Positions 1 through 12,897 are shown, numbered from the stretch's first letter. The stretch is 64,000 nt of DNA from Eledone cirrhosa (GCA_964016885.1 OZ024753.1:10912001-10976000); one strand, 5' to 3'. Translations and numbers: made by a program. The notes: generated by a model not told the origin, from the sequence alone.

Positions 1-79
1 TTCATCCTTACGGGGTCGATAAAATAAAGTACCAGTAATGTACTGGGTAATTGCTGGCCTTGTGCCTAAAGTAGAAACA
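1..79 (+). mobile_element. SINE family A, 3' part (cut by window edge)
   Basis: TTCATCCTTACGGGGTCGATAAAATAAAGTACCAGT...GGCCTTGTGCCTAAAGTAGAAACA, matching the 3' half of fuller copies at 29299 and 40622. Confidence 0.85.
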
Positions 80-83
80 GTTA

Positions 84-1800
84 AATATAGTACTGTTGAT
101 AATATATATAGTACTGTTGATAATATATATAGTGTTGTTGATAATATGTGTAGTAGTATTGACAACAGATATATAGTAGTATTGACAAATATATATAGTA
201 CTGCTGTTAATATGTGTAGTAGTATTGACAACACTATATAGTAATGTTGACAAATATATATAGTACTGCTGGTAATATGTGTAGTAGTATTGACAACACT
301 ATATAGTAGTATTGACAACAGATATATAGTACTGCTGTTAATATGTGTAGTAGTATTGACAAATATATATAGTACTGCTGGTAATATGTGTAGTAGTATT
401 GACAACACTATATAGTAGTATTGACAAATATATATAGCACTGCTGGTAATATGTGTAGTAGTATTGACAACACTATATAGTAGTATTGACAAATATATAT
501 AGTACTGCTGGTAATATGTGTAGTAGTATTGACAACAGATATATAGTAGTATTGACAAATATATATAGTACTGCTGGTAATATGTGTAGTAGTATTGACA
601 ACACTATATAGTAGTATTGACAAATATATATATAGCACTGCTGGTAATATGTGTAGTAGTATTGACAACAGATATATAGTAGTATTGACAAATATATATA
701 GTACTGCTGGTAATATGTGTAGTAGTATTGGCAACACTATATAGTAGTATTGACAACAGATATATAGTAGTATTGACAACACATATATAGTAGTATTGAC
801 AAATATATATAGTACTGCTGGTAATATGTGTAGTAGTATTGACAACAGATATATAGTAGTATTGACAAATATATATAGCACTGCTGGTAATATGTGTAGT
901 AGTATTGACAACACTATATAGTAATATTGACAAATATATATAGCACTGCTGGTAATATGTGTAGTAGTATTGACAACAGATATATAGTAGTATTGACAAA
1001 TATATATAGTACTGCTGGTAATATGTGTAGTAGTATTGACAACACTATATAGTAGTATTGACAAATATATATAGTAGTATTGACAAATATATATAGCACT
1101 GCTGGTAATATGTGTAGTAGTATTGGCAACACTATATAGTAGTATTGACAACAGATATATAGTAGTATTGACAACACATATATAGTAGTATTGACAAATA
1201 TATATAGTACTGCTGATAATATGTGTAGTAGTATTGACAACACTATATAGTAGTATTGACAAATATATATAGTACTGCTGGTAATATGTGTAGTAGTATT
1301 GACAACAGATATATAGTAGTATTGACAAATATATATAGTACTGCTGTTAATATGTGTAGTAGTATTGACAACACTATATAGTAGTATTGACAAATATATA
1401 TAGTACTGCTGGTAATATGTGTAGTAGTATTGACAACACTATATAGTAGTATTGACAAATATATATAGCACTGCTGTTAATATGTGTAGTAGTATTGACA
1501 ACACTATATAGTAGTATCGACAAATATATATAGCACTGCTGGTAATATGTGTAGTAGTATTGACAACACTATATAGTAGTATTGACAAATATATATATAG
1601 CACTGCTGTTAATATGTGTAGTAGTATTGACAACACTATATAGTAGTATTGACAAATATATATATAGCACTGCTGTTAATATGTGTAGTAGTATTGACAA
1701 CACTATATAGTAGTATTGACAAATATATATATAGCACTGCTGTTAATATGTGTAGTAGTATTGACAACAGATATATAGTAGTATTGACAAATATATAGTA
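84..1800. repeat. Modular minisatellite built from TAGTAGTATTGACAA(CACT/CAGA/ATAT) and GTACTGCTGGTAATATGTG blocks
   Basis: Direct tandem repetition with reshuffled ~24-nt and ~43-nt modules. Confidence 0.95.
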
Positions 1801-2201
1801 ATGTTGATGTTATGCAATAAATGGTTTTATACAGGATTGTGTTGATGGGAAATCGGGAAATCGCGATACTGCACGTTGATCAAATGGTCAAAATGTTTAT
1901 TATATCATTGATATATATATATATATAATAAACTTTAATAAATAAATATATATATATATATATATATAATAATACATAATCGGAGAAAGCTAATAGCGAT
2001 ACTCCGGCCAAATTCCAACTCACCCAACAAACATTAGGAAATACCTGAGTATATTCCCATTTAAACGTTTGGGGTGCTAACTATATTGTATTGTGTGGAT
2101 AATTGGCTGTATTATTTCATATGAGATATATCAAATATATCATTATATATATATATATCAATGATATTAATAAATGGAAACTATATTTATAAAACCATAT
2201 T

Positions 2202-2263
2202 TATTCTATTATATATATTTCAAGGGTACCAAAAACTTTGGTACGCACTCATCAGATAAAATA
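2202..2263 (-). ncRNA. Type I hammerhead ribozyme in a TA-flanked PLE-like fragment (2157-2335)
   Basis: Minus strand TATTTTAT-CTGATGA-GTGCGTACCAAAGTTTTTGGTACCCTT-GAAA-TATATA-TA-ATAGAATA; stems I and II pair; same family as 22447. Confidence 0.75.
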
Positions 2264-2334
2264 CAAAATTTGTTTTTTAAATAGTGACATACCCCCAGAA
2301 ACCAGACCTTATCGGTTCAGATTCCGTTTGGCTA

Positions 2335-2387
<53 letters not shown>

Positions 2388-2907
2388 TTTGAAGAAATCA
2401 ACGAGCCAGATAAAATTTAAACGCAGCTAACACATATATATAATATATACTGTGACAAAGTTACACATAATCACACATATATATAGTGACAGTTGGGAAG
2501 CAATAATTCAATACACATACTCACACACACACATATACATACATATATACATACACACAGACACGTATGGTTTGGTACACATGAGTTCAATAGTTTTGTT
2601 TTGTAATATTACATATAATTTACTTATATAGTCAGGCACACACATATAGACGCCTCACATACACACCACACATATATACTCCTCACACACACATATATAG
2701 ATTCCATACACACACACACATACAAAAATACATGTCTATGTATCTAGCAGACAACCTCATACACACACACACATACACACATACATATATATACATATAT
2801 AAATATAACATTGTTTCTACTATTGGCACAAGGCCAGGAATTTCTCAGTGAATTACTGGTATTCAGAATATTAATAAATGAAGACATTCACATAATCAAA
2901 ATATATG

Positions 2908-2969
2908 TTTTATTATATATATTTCGAAGGTACTGTGTTGTTTTTTCAGTACGTCCTCGTCAGATAAAA
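2908..2969 (-). ncRNA. Type I hammerhead ribozyme (CUGACGA core)
   Basis: Minus strand TTTTAT-CTGACGA-GGACGTACTG...CAGTACCTTC-GAAA-TATATA-TA-ATAAAA. Confidence 0.75.
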
Positions 2970-3356
2970 GCACTCTACACAAAAGTATTCTGGAGTTATT
3001 AATATTATTCAGAATATATATATATATATTAATAACTCCAGAAAACTTCACTGTAGAGTGCTTTTATTCTATTGTAAAGCCATATTCATTGAGTAATCAA
3101 TGAACCATATTAATCTTTGGTTATATATATAATACAGTATATAGGGAAGAAAACACAAAAAGGGTAACAAAAGTCTTTAACTCCGTTTTTTCATTTTATA
3201 TATATATATATATATATATCTATATATATATATATATATTATATACACATATACACATGTAAAAATCGTGCAGAAATCAATGATGCGCACACCCCACCCC
3301 ACCCCTCTCACACACCCTCTCTCTCTTCCTCTCACACTGTCTTTCTCATTCATTCG

Positions 3357-3397
<41 letters not shown>

Positions 3398-3488
3398 GTA
3401 TACGGTTTTGCTCACTAGCTTGCTTGGGGTTTTCCACTAAAATCGATGATCACCAAACACCCATGTGGGTGTGTTTATAAATATACAT

Positions 3489-3523
<35 letters not shown>

Positions 3524-3701
3524 CTGAGTGTCCCCTCAAAGAATGTATACACAACAAAATCTGTAAACAATGCATTAAATTAAATTGTTTTATGTAACAT
3601 AATTATGTCTGTAGACCATTTTATTTTGGGGAAAGGCTGTGTATTCTAATAGATATTGCCTGTACATGTAATCAAAGTGTGTATACATTTTTGGGGACAC
3701 C

Positions 3702-3704
<3 letters not shown>
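3524..3704. mobile_element. Tc1/mariner-type MITE
   Basis: Imperfect TIRs: CTGAGTGTCCCCTCAAAGAATGTATACAC at the left end vs CAGGGTGTCCCCAAAAATGTATACAC (reverse complement of the right end); TA at left border. Confidence 0.65.
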
Positions 3705-3744
<40 letters not shown>

Positions 3745-3793
3745 CTGTATATCAATATGCATACATAAAGTTTATTTATTTATATATATATAT

Positions 3794-3965
3794 AAGACCC
3801 GGGTTAAATCGGGGCTAACCACAGTAAGATACTCAATACATTAGTACCAACATTTAATACAGAATTTAATATAGAAATGGCTTCTACAGGGCTAGAACTG
3901 TTTCATTCGAAGAAAATCATCATCCTTCGAATAAAACAGTTCTAGTAGAAACCATTTCTACATTA
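3794..3965 (-). mobile_element. TA-flanked fold-back PLE-like fragment with a truncated hammerhead
   Basis: Minus strand (A)TGATGA-TTTTCTTCGAAT-GAAA-CAG..CTG-TA-GAAG; inversion breaks the core; related copy at 52965-53130. Confidence 0.55.
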
Positions 3966-4182
3966 TATATATATATATATATCCTGATTAGTTCTTTCGT
4001 TGTTTTTGGTATTGTATAGTTGGGTTTTGCCTGCCTACCGCAATTTCCAATTTCTCAAGCTATTTAAACGTAATGTTATTACTCTAAGGACCTACCCTTA
4101 TTGAGTGCTTTGCTACTCATTCCTTATTGTAGGTCGCTTCGCTTGGCCACAGCCAAAGCTTCGATTTTACAAAGCTTCCACT

Positions 4183-4217
<35 letters not shown>

Positions 4218-4420
4218 CGAAGGAAATGTGGTAAGGAACCAGGTGGATCATAACGAACCAAAGTACTCAATACTTAGGGTAGTAGAGTGGGTAATAGGAA
4301 CGAGTAGGACCCCGCCGGCTGAGCTCAAGCCGTTTCGACGGCTAATTCTGGACTAAATTTAGCCCAGATTTAGCCGTCGAAACGGCTTGAGCTCAGCTGT
4401 CGGGGTCCTACTCGTTCCTA
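4218..4420. mobile_element. TA-flanked fold-back element, GGCTGAGCTC family
   Basis: Inverted arms around ~4358; same family at 27882, 31100, 32775, 39275, 41450, 53789. Confidence 0.75.
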
Positions 4421-4423
4421 TAT

Positions 4424-4474
<51 letters not shown>

Positions 4475-4594
4475 GGTTTGAGGTTCACCACTGTATAGAG
4501 CTGGTCGGATTCATACGGAACCCGGTCATTGAAATGATCATAGTATAATAAACCTTTCAAGGACTTACACAAATCCAGCCTCCTGTCATTTCAT

Positions 4595-4629
<35 letters not shown>

Positions 4630-4761
4630 CTGATTTCTACATATATGTGTGAGTGTATGTTTATATATACCACAGAAAAAAAAGTTAAATAAATAAATAA
4701 ATAAAACAACTGAATAGAAGAAAGATTAAAAAAAAAAGATAATACAAATGTTATGACTTAC

Positions 4762-4847
4762 CTTTTGTCAGCATCTGTGTAATTAGCCAACAACGGTGAG
4801 ATGAAAAAGAGAAAGAAGAGGATCCAGTTTAATATTAAATCCATCAT
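4762..4847 (-). CDS. Candidate first coding exon of a secreted or membrane protein: MMDLILNWILFFLFFISPLLANYTDADK(R/S)
   Basis: In-frame TAA upstream of the ATG, hydrophobic signal-peptide-like stretch ending in LLA, then a consensus donor AAG|GTAAGT (phase 2); non-repetitive island. Confidence 0.55.
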
Positions 4848-5195
4848 TATAGTTCCATAGTCATTCCATGTGGAAGATTATACACCACTATATTCTCTAT
4901 CTCTCTCTCTCTGTATATATATATATGTGTGTGTATATATGTGAGTGCGTGTATGTATGTATGTATATATGACACGTGTCTTTTATACGCGAAACTGGAA
5001 GTTCCTGTGACTTAAGAATTGTGCTTTCAGATTCAAAAAATAGTATATATAGTTTATGTGTGTGTGTGAACATATATATATATATATATGTTTGTGTATG
5101 TTTATGTATGTGTGTGTATATATATGTTTGCGTATGTTTATGTATGTGTGTGTATATATATGTTTGCGTATGTTTATGTATGTGTGTGTATGTTT

Positions 5196-5227
<32 letters not shown>

Positions 5228-5640
5228 GTCAATTAATGTTTTCTTTTGAGTATATATATATATATATATATGAGTATTTATATGTGTTTATGTATGTATA
5301 AATATATATATATAATAATAATATTATTTATAGTTATGTATACACTATATACAACTATATACAACTATAAACAGGAAAGGTCAGTCATTTATTACTGCCT
5401 TATTATCGGTAAGAAAAATAGCTCAATGTATATATATATATATATATATATGTAAATATATATATATTTATATATATTTTCCGTCAGTTAAAAATGTTCT
5501 TTTCAGTGTATGTATATATGTGTGTATATATATATATAATATATATATATATTTGGGTGTGTATGTGTTTATAGGCGATGTTTGAGGCAATGACCGCTCC
5601 GAGCAGTGTATCATTCGCGCTAAAACAACACAAGCGACTT

Positions 5641-7105
5641 TGGTAAGTTAAGGAATGGTTCTATGAGAGAGTGTGTGTGTATGTGTGTGTATTGTTGTGG
5701 TAAGTTAAGGAATGGTTCTATGAGAGAGTGTGTGTGTGTGTATGTGTGTGTATTGTTGTGGTAAGTTAAGGAATGGTTCTATGAGAGAGTGTGTGTGTGT
5801 ATATGTGTGTATTGTTGTGGTAAGTTAAGGAATGGTTCTGTGAGAGAGTGTGTGTGTATGTGTGTGTATTGTTGTGGTAAGTTAAGGAATGGTTCTATGA
5901 GAGAGTGTGTGTGTGTATGTGTGTGTATTGTTGTGGTAAGTTAAGGAATGGTTCTATGAGAGAGTGTGTGTGTGTATATGTGTGTATTGTTGTGGTAAGT
6001 TAAGGAATGGTTCTGTGAGAGAGTGTGTGTGTATGTGTGTGTATTGTTGTGGTAAGTTAAGGAATGGTTCTATGAGAGAGTGTGTGTGTGTATATGTGTG
6101 TATTGTTGTGGTAAGTTAAGGAATGGTTCTATGAGAGAGTGTGTGTGTGTATATGTGTGTATTGTTGTGGTAAGTTAAGGAATGGTTCTATGAGAGAGAG
6201 TGTGTGTATATGTGTGTATTGTTGTGGTAAGTTAAGGAATGGTTCTATGAGAGAGTGTGTGTGTATATGTGTGTATTGTTGTGGTAAGTTAAAGAATGGT
6301 TCTATGAGAGAGTGTGTGTGTGTATATGTGTGTATTGTTGTGGTAAGTTAAGGAATGGTTCTATGAGAGAGTGTGTGTGTGTATGTGTGTGTATTGTTGT
6401 GGTAAGTTAAGGAATGGTTCTATGAGAGAGAGTGTGTGTGTATATGTGTGTATTGTTGTGGTAAGTTAAGGAATGATTCTATGAGAGAGTGTGTGTGTGT
6501 ATATGTGTGTATTGTTGTGGTAAGTTAAGGAATGGTTCTATGAGAGAGTGTGTGTGTGTATATGTGTGTATTGTTGTGGTAAGTTAAGGAATGGTTCTAT
6601 GAGAGAGAGTGTGTGTGTATATGTGTGTATTGTTGTGGTAAGTTAAGGAATGGTTCTATGAGAGAGTGTGTGTGTATATGTGTGTATTGTTGTGGTAAGT
6701 TAAGGAATGGTTCTATGAGAGAGTGTGTGTGTGTATGTGTGTGTATTGTTGTGGTAAGTTAAGGAATGGTTCTATGAGAGAGTGTGTGTGTGTATATGTG
6801 TGTATTGTTGTGGTAAGTTAAGGAATGGTTCTATGAGAGAGTGTGTGTGTGTATATGTGTGTATTGTTGTGGTAAGTTAAGGAATGGTTCTATGAGAGAG
6901 TGTGTGTGTATATGTGTGTGTATTGTTGTGGTAAGTTAAGGAATGGTTCTATGAGAGAGTGTGTGTGTGTATATGTGTGTATTGTTGTGGTAAGTTAAGG
7001 AATGGTTCTATGAGAGAGTGTGTGTGTGTATATGTGTGTATTGTTGTGGTAAGTTAAGGAATGGTTCTATGAGAGAGTGTGTGTGTATATGTGTGTATTG
7101 TTGTG
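5641..7105. repeat. ~58-62 bp minisatellite TGGTAAGTTAAGGAATGGTTCTATGAGAGA(GT)n..TATTGTTG, about 25 copies
   Basis: Direct tandem repetition; length variation confined to the GT tract. Confidence 0.95.
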
Positions 7106-7134
7106 TTTACATACTGGGATTAGCAGAGCGACCG

Positions 7135-7640
7135 GTCTGTCTGTCTGATTGTTTCGTTGTCTGTCAGTCTGTCAGTCTATCTGGCTGGCTGGCTGGTTGG
7201 CTGTCTATCTGGCTGGCTGGTTGGCTGTCTGGCTGGTTGGCTGTCTGTCTATCTGGCTGGCTGGTTGGCTGTCTGTCTGTCTGGCTGGCTGGTTGGCTGT
7301 CTGTCTATCTGGCTGGCTGGTTGGCTGTCTGTCTATCTGGCTGGCTGGTTGGCTGTCTGTCTATCTGGCTGGCTGGCTGTCTGTCTGGCTGGCTGGCTGT
7401 CTATCTGGCTGGCTGGCTGGCTGTCTGTCTATCTGGCTGGCTGGCTGTCTGTCTATCTGTCTGTCTATCTGGCTGGCTGGCTGTCTGTCTGTCTGGCTGG
7501 CTGTCTATCTGGCTGGCTGGCTGGCTGGCTGTCTGTCTATCTGGCTGGCTGGCTGGCTGGCTGGCTGTCTATCTGTCTGTCTATCTAGCTGGCTGTCAGT
7601 CTGTCTATCTAGCTGTCAGTCTGTCTATCTGGCTGGCTGA
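7135..7640. repeat. (CTGG/CTGT/CTAT)n tetranucleotide mosaic
   Basis: Direct observation. Confidence 0.95.
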
Positions 7641-7875
7641 TTGTCGTCTGTTGTTATTTTGCTTCAGTCGAAACCAGCTTTATAATCAAGTCGTTTCAGC
7701 CGTGACCATCCTCACTGTTTGTAGAAAAGATCCATGCATACAGACCCAAGTGCCCGCGCATCGTCTATTCGAGGTGTGATTTGAGGGAGATTTAGCTGCT
7801 GTTTTTAGAAACCTTTTTCTATGGACCGTATACAAACACACACACACAGACACACATACATACATATATATATAT

Positions 7876-7915
<40 letters not shown>

Positions 7916-8124
7916 GGTGCGGTTGTGTGTATAGACGCGAATGTTGTATATATTATGTTATAAGGTGTGGAATATATACAGTGGTAATGTTTTGGTTATG
8001 TAGAGTATGTCATCATACACGCATATATACATGGGTGTATACGAATGCGTATACCCGATGTAGCACCACTATTAGCTACCCGTTTACAGCACTCACACTT
8101 CAATCTAGATATATACTGGGTTGA

Positions 8125-8127
<3 letters not shown>

Positions 8128-8190
<63 letters not shown>

Positions 8191-8205
8191 GAGATAGAGA
8201 GATAG

Positions 8206-8268
<63 letters not shown>

Positions 8269-8345
8269 GAGATAGATAGATAGAGAGAGAGATAGAGAGA
8301 TAGATAGATAGAGAGAGAGATAGAGAGATAGATAGAGAGATAGAT

Positions 8346-8412
<67 letters not shown>

Positions 8413-8431
8413 GATAGATAGATAGATAGAG

Positions 8432-8462
<31 letters not shown>

Positions 8463-8467
8463 GATAG

Positions 8468-8504
<37 letters not shown>

Positions 8505-8634
8505 TGGGTTATTGGGGTAGCTGGAGTAATTTGAGTTAGATTTGGCTATTGTTTCTAGCAAATGAAGTGACCACTTTAAAGAAATACCCTTGCTGTGGAT
8601 ATTGGGGCTAATATTTATGTTATGGTTACAACGG

Positions 8635-8681
<47 letters not shown>

Positions 8682-8692
8682 GGTTACAACGG

Positions 8693-8729
<37 letters not shown>

Positions 8730-8742
8730 AGTTACAACGGTA

Positions 8743-8773
<31 letters not shown>

Positions 8774-8810
8774 GGTTACAACGGTAGTGTGTATGTTATA
8801 GTTACAACGG

Positions 8811-8849
<39 letters not shown>

Positions 8850-8898
8850 GGTTACAACGGGTGTGTGTGTGTGTGTGTGTGTGTTATGGTTACAACGG

Positions 8899-8937
<39 letters not shown>

Positions 8938-8950
8938 GGTTACAACGGTA

Positions 8951-8981
<31 letters not shown>

Positions 8982-9193
8982 GGTTACAACGGTAGTGTGT
9001 GTGTGTGTGTGTGTGTGTATGTTATGGTTACAACGGTAGTGTGTGTGTTATGGTTACTATAGTGTGTGTGTGTGTATGTTATGGTTACAACGGTAGTGTG
9101 TGTGTTATGGTTACTATAGTGTGTGTGTGTGTATGTTATGGTTACAACGGTAGTGTGTGTGTTATGGTTACTATAGTGTGTGTGTGTGTGTGT

Positions 9194-9232
<39 letters not shown>

Positions 9233-9460
9233 TGTGTGTATGTGTGAGTGTGTGTGTGTGTGTGTAGCAGATAGTAAGGTTACATCCAATGTGTGAGAGA
9301 GAGAGAGTGTGTGTATGTGTGAGTGTGTGTGAGTGTGTGTGTAGCAGATAGTAAGGTTACATGCAATGTGTGAGCGTGTGTGTGTGTGTGTGAGAGAGAG
9401 AGTGTGTGTATGTGTGAGTGTGTGTGAGTGTGTGTAGCAGATAGTAAGGTTACATCCAAT
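8128..9460. repeat. (GA)n/(GATA)n tract followed by GTTATGGTTACAACGGTA(GT)n minisatellite
   Basis: Direct observation. Confidence 0.9.
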
Positions 9461-9699
9461 GGCGATATTTGGAGGTGCCTCGTTGCAGTGGTGCAGTTAA
9501 TAATGTTGTTGGTGTTGTTGGTGTTGGTGTTGTAGGCTTGCTGCTACTGGTGCTGCTGCAACGTTTGTTACTATGGTGTCGTGTTGTGATGTACTGCTGC
9601 TGCTGTTGTTGCTGCTATTGTAGTTGTTAGGCCTTCCAGCTAGGAGCTATCCACTTTATAGTGTTGTTAGTCGTCAGGATGTCGCAAGTTGCTCTGTTG

Positions 9700-10859
9700 A
9701 CAATGATGACAATGATGATGATGGTGATGATGGTTGTGGCGGTGGTGGTGATGGTGGTGGTTGCGGCGGCGGTGGTGGTGGTTGCGGCGGCGGTGGTGGT
9801 GGTGGTGATGGTTGTGGCGGTGATGGTGGTGATGGTGATGGTGGTGGTTGCGGTGATGGTGATGATGGTGGTGGTGGTGGTGGTGGCGATGGTGGTGGTG
9901 GTGGTTGTGGCGGTGGTGGTGGTTGTGGCGGTGATGGTGGTGATGGTGATGGTGGTGGTTGCGGTGATGGTGATGATGGTGGTGGTGGTGGTGGTTGCGG
10001 TGGTGGTGGTGGTGATGGTGGTGATGGTTGTGGCGGTGGTGGTGGTGGTTGCGGTGGTGGCGGTGATCGTGATGGTGGTGGTTGCGGCGGTGGTGATACT
10101 GGTTGTGATGTCAATGTTGACAATGATGATGATGGTTGTGGCGGTGATGGTGGAGATAGTGGTGGTGGTGGTGGTCGTCGTCGTCGTCGTCGTCGTGATG
10201 GTAGTGGTGGTGATGGTGGAGATAGTGGTGGTGGTGGTGGTCGTCGTCGTCGTCGTCGTGATGGTGGTGGTGGTGGTGGTGGTGGTGGTGGTGGTGGTGG
10301 TGGTGGTGGTGGTGGTGGTAGTGGTGGTGGTGGTGGTAGTGGTGGTGGAGCGGTGGTGGTTGTGATGTCAATGTTGACAATTTCTATATTTATGGCGATG
10401 TCGGATGACTGTGATGTTGTTGTTAGTGTCGTTGTTGGTGTTGTTGTTGGTGTTGTTGTTGTTGGTGTTGGTGTTGGTGTTGATGGTGGTGTTGATGTTG
10501 TTGTTGTTGGTGTTGTTGTTGTTGGTGTTGTTGTTGGTGTTGTTGTTGTTGGTGTTGGTGTTGGTGTTGATGGTGGTGTTGATGTTGTTGTTGTTGGTGT
10601 TGTTGGTGTTGGTGTTGTTGTTGTTGTTGTTGGTGTTGTTGGTGTTGTTGGTGTTGTTGGTGTTGTTGATGTTGTTGTTGTTGGTGTTGTTGGTGTTGGT
10701 GTTGTTGTTGTTGTTGTTGGTGTTGTTGGTGTTGTTGATGTTGTTGGTGTTGATGGTGTTGTTGTTGGTGTTGTTGTTGGTGTTGGTGTTGCTGTTGGTG
10801 TTGTTGGTGTTGTTGATGTTGGTGTTGTTAATATTTACAGTGAGTTTCGTTATTGCTAT

Positions 10860-10892
<33 letters not shown>

Positions 10893-11205
10893 ATAGTAGT
10901 AGTAGTAGTAGTGGTGATAGTAGTAGTAGTAGTAGTAGTAGTGGTAGTAGTAGTAGTGGTAGTAGTGATAGTAGTAGTAGTAGTAGTAGAGGTAGTAGTA
11001 GTAGTAGTAGTAGTAATGGTAGTAGTGATAGTAGTAGTGGTGGTAGTAGTAGTAGTAGTGGTGGTAGTAGTAGTGGTGGTAGTAGTAGTAGTAGTGGTAG
11101 TAGTGATAGTAGTAGTAGTAGTAGTGATAGTATTAGTAGTGGTAGTAGTAGTAGTAGTGGTGGTAGTAGTAGTAGTGGTAGTAGTAGTAGTAGTGGTAGT
11201 AGTGA

Positions 11206-11237
<32 letters not shown>

Positions 11238-11630
11238 ATAGTAGTAGTAGTAGTGATAGTAGTAGTAGTAGTAGTAGTAGTAGTGATAGTAGTAGTAGTA
11301 GTAGTAGTAGTAGTGATAGTAGTAATAGTAGTAGTAGTAGTAGTAGTGATAGTAGTAGTAGTAGTGATAGTAGTAGTAGTAGTGATAGTAGTAGTAGTAG
11401 TAGTGATAGTAGTAGTAGTAGTAGTGATAGTAGTAGTAGTAGTACTAGTGATAGTAGTAGTAGTAGTGATAGTAATAATAATAGTAGTGGTAGTAGTAAT
11501 AGTAGTAGTAGCAGGAGTAGTAGTAATAATAACAGTAGTAGTAGTAGTGGTAGTAGCAATAGTAGTAGCAGCAGCAGTAGCAATAGTAGTTTTAGTAGCA
11601 GTAGTAGTAGCAATAGTAGTAGCTGTAGTT
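9700..11630. repeat. Trinucleotide mosaic (GGT/GAT, then GTT, then TAG)
   Basis: Direct observation; source of the 669-aa low-complexity ORF. Confidence 0.95.
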
Positions 11631-11699
11631 TAGCCCCCCCCAAAGATCTGTTTGATGGAGTCAAAGAAACTATGAGAGCAAGCTTGTCATTTTTTTCAG

Positions 11700-12045
11700 G
11701 AGTGGATTGGCAGTATCGGGAGAGGGTCGGACTCCATGCTTAGCAGCATAGAGCTACGGCCCTTTATGATCTGAGTTCAAATTCCGCTGAGGTTAACATT
11801 GCCTTTCATCTTTACGCGGTCGGTGATAAAATAAAGTACCAGTAATACACTGGGATAATTGCTGGCCTTGTGCCAAAAGCAGAAACCTCGGACGCCATGC
11901 TTATCAGCATAGAGTTACCACCCTTTATGATCTGAGTTCAAATTCCGCTGAGGTTAACATTGCCTTTCATCTTTACGGGTCGATAAAATAAAGTACCAGT
12001 AATACACTGGAGGAATTGCTGGCCTTGTGCCAAAAGTAGAACATT
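11700..12045 (+). mobile_element. SINE family A tandem pair (tRNA-derived head)
   Basis: A-box TGGCAGTATCGG, B-box GAGTTCAAATTC, conserved CCTTTCATC..GGTCGATAAAATAAAGTACCAG core; second copy 5'-truncated. Confidence 0.85.
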
Positions 12046-12404
12046 ATTTTCAGACTATAAAAAGTACATATGTAATCTGTCCTTTTTTTTTTTTTACTTC
12101 TGGTTTAAGTTTGTGGAGATTTGACTACTATGTTTAGCAAGGCTAGTGACCACGTAGAGTTCCTATCGTCAGTAGTGTAGCAGTGTTGATGATGATGATG
12201 TAGTTAGTAGTGATATCGATGTCATGGCTGGTTGCTTTAAGGTTTTAGTACTATAGATACAATCCCCCTAGACTGTCACGGCTCACTAGCTCTCTACGGA
12301 CGTTTAAATTGATTAAATAAATAAATAGATAAATAAATGCATATCCAATGTAGTGTAACAACCAACGTTAAGTTCATTGATGTTATATATATACACACAC
12401 ACAC

Positions 12405-12447
<43 letters not shown>

Positions 12448-12574
12448 AAAGTTCCATTTAAATTGTTGGGATACAACAAGCAAATATTTTTATAACTGAT
12501 ATAAAGCACTCGACAAATATTTGGAGTAGATATACGATATTAACAAATGGAAACTATATTTATAAAACCATATT

Positions 12575-12639
12575 TATTTCATTATACATATTTCAAGGAC
12601 ACCGAGTTAAATTATGGTGTGCTTTCATCAGATAAAATA
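12575..12639 (-). ncRNA. Type I hammerhead ribozyme
   Basis: TATTTTAT-CTGATGA-AAGCACACC..GGTGTCCTT-GAAA-TATGTA-TA-ATGAAATA. Confidence 0.75.
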
Positions 12640-12793
12640 TAATATAGAGCAGTTTTATAAATAAATATTGACGTATCCTTTCAAAATGCAACCGTTACTT
12701 TTGGAAGACATCAGGATAGTGATGTCTTCCAAAAGTAACGGTTGCATTTTGAAAGGGTACGTCAATGTTTATTTATAAAACTGGTATATATTG

Positions 12794-12858
12794 TATTTTG
12801 TCTGATGAAGGCATACCATAATTTAACTCGGTGTCCTTGAAATATGTATAATGAAATA
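12794..12858 (+). ncRNA. Type I hammerhead ribozyme
   Basis: TATTTTGT-CTGATGA-AGGCATACC..GGTGTCCTT-GAAA-TATGTA-TA-ATGAAATA. Confidence 0.75.
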
Positions 12859-12897
12859 AATATGGTTTTATAAATATAGTTTCCATTTGTTAATATC

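Noticed and set aside
1835-1910. Possible exon after TTTTATACAG (DCVDGKSGNRDTAR*)
   Set aside because: No good donor or partner exon; abuts (TA)n and shares AAAATGTTTATTATA with the retrozyme unit, so more likely a repeat fragment
9624-11743. Long Gly/Val/Ser-rich ORFs (669 aa, 296 aa and others)
   Set aside because: Trinucleotide mosaics open in several frames on both strands, with no splice signals or domain; the same applies to 15-16 kb, 19-21 kb, 25 kb, 36 kb and 46-48 kb
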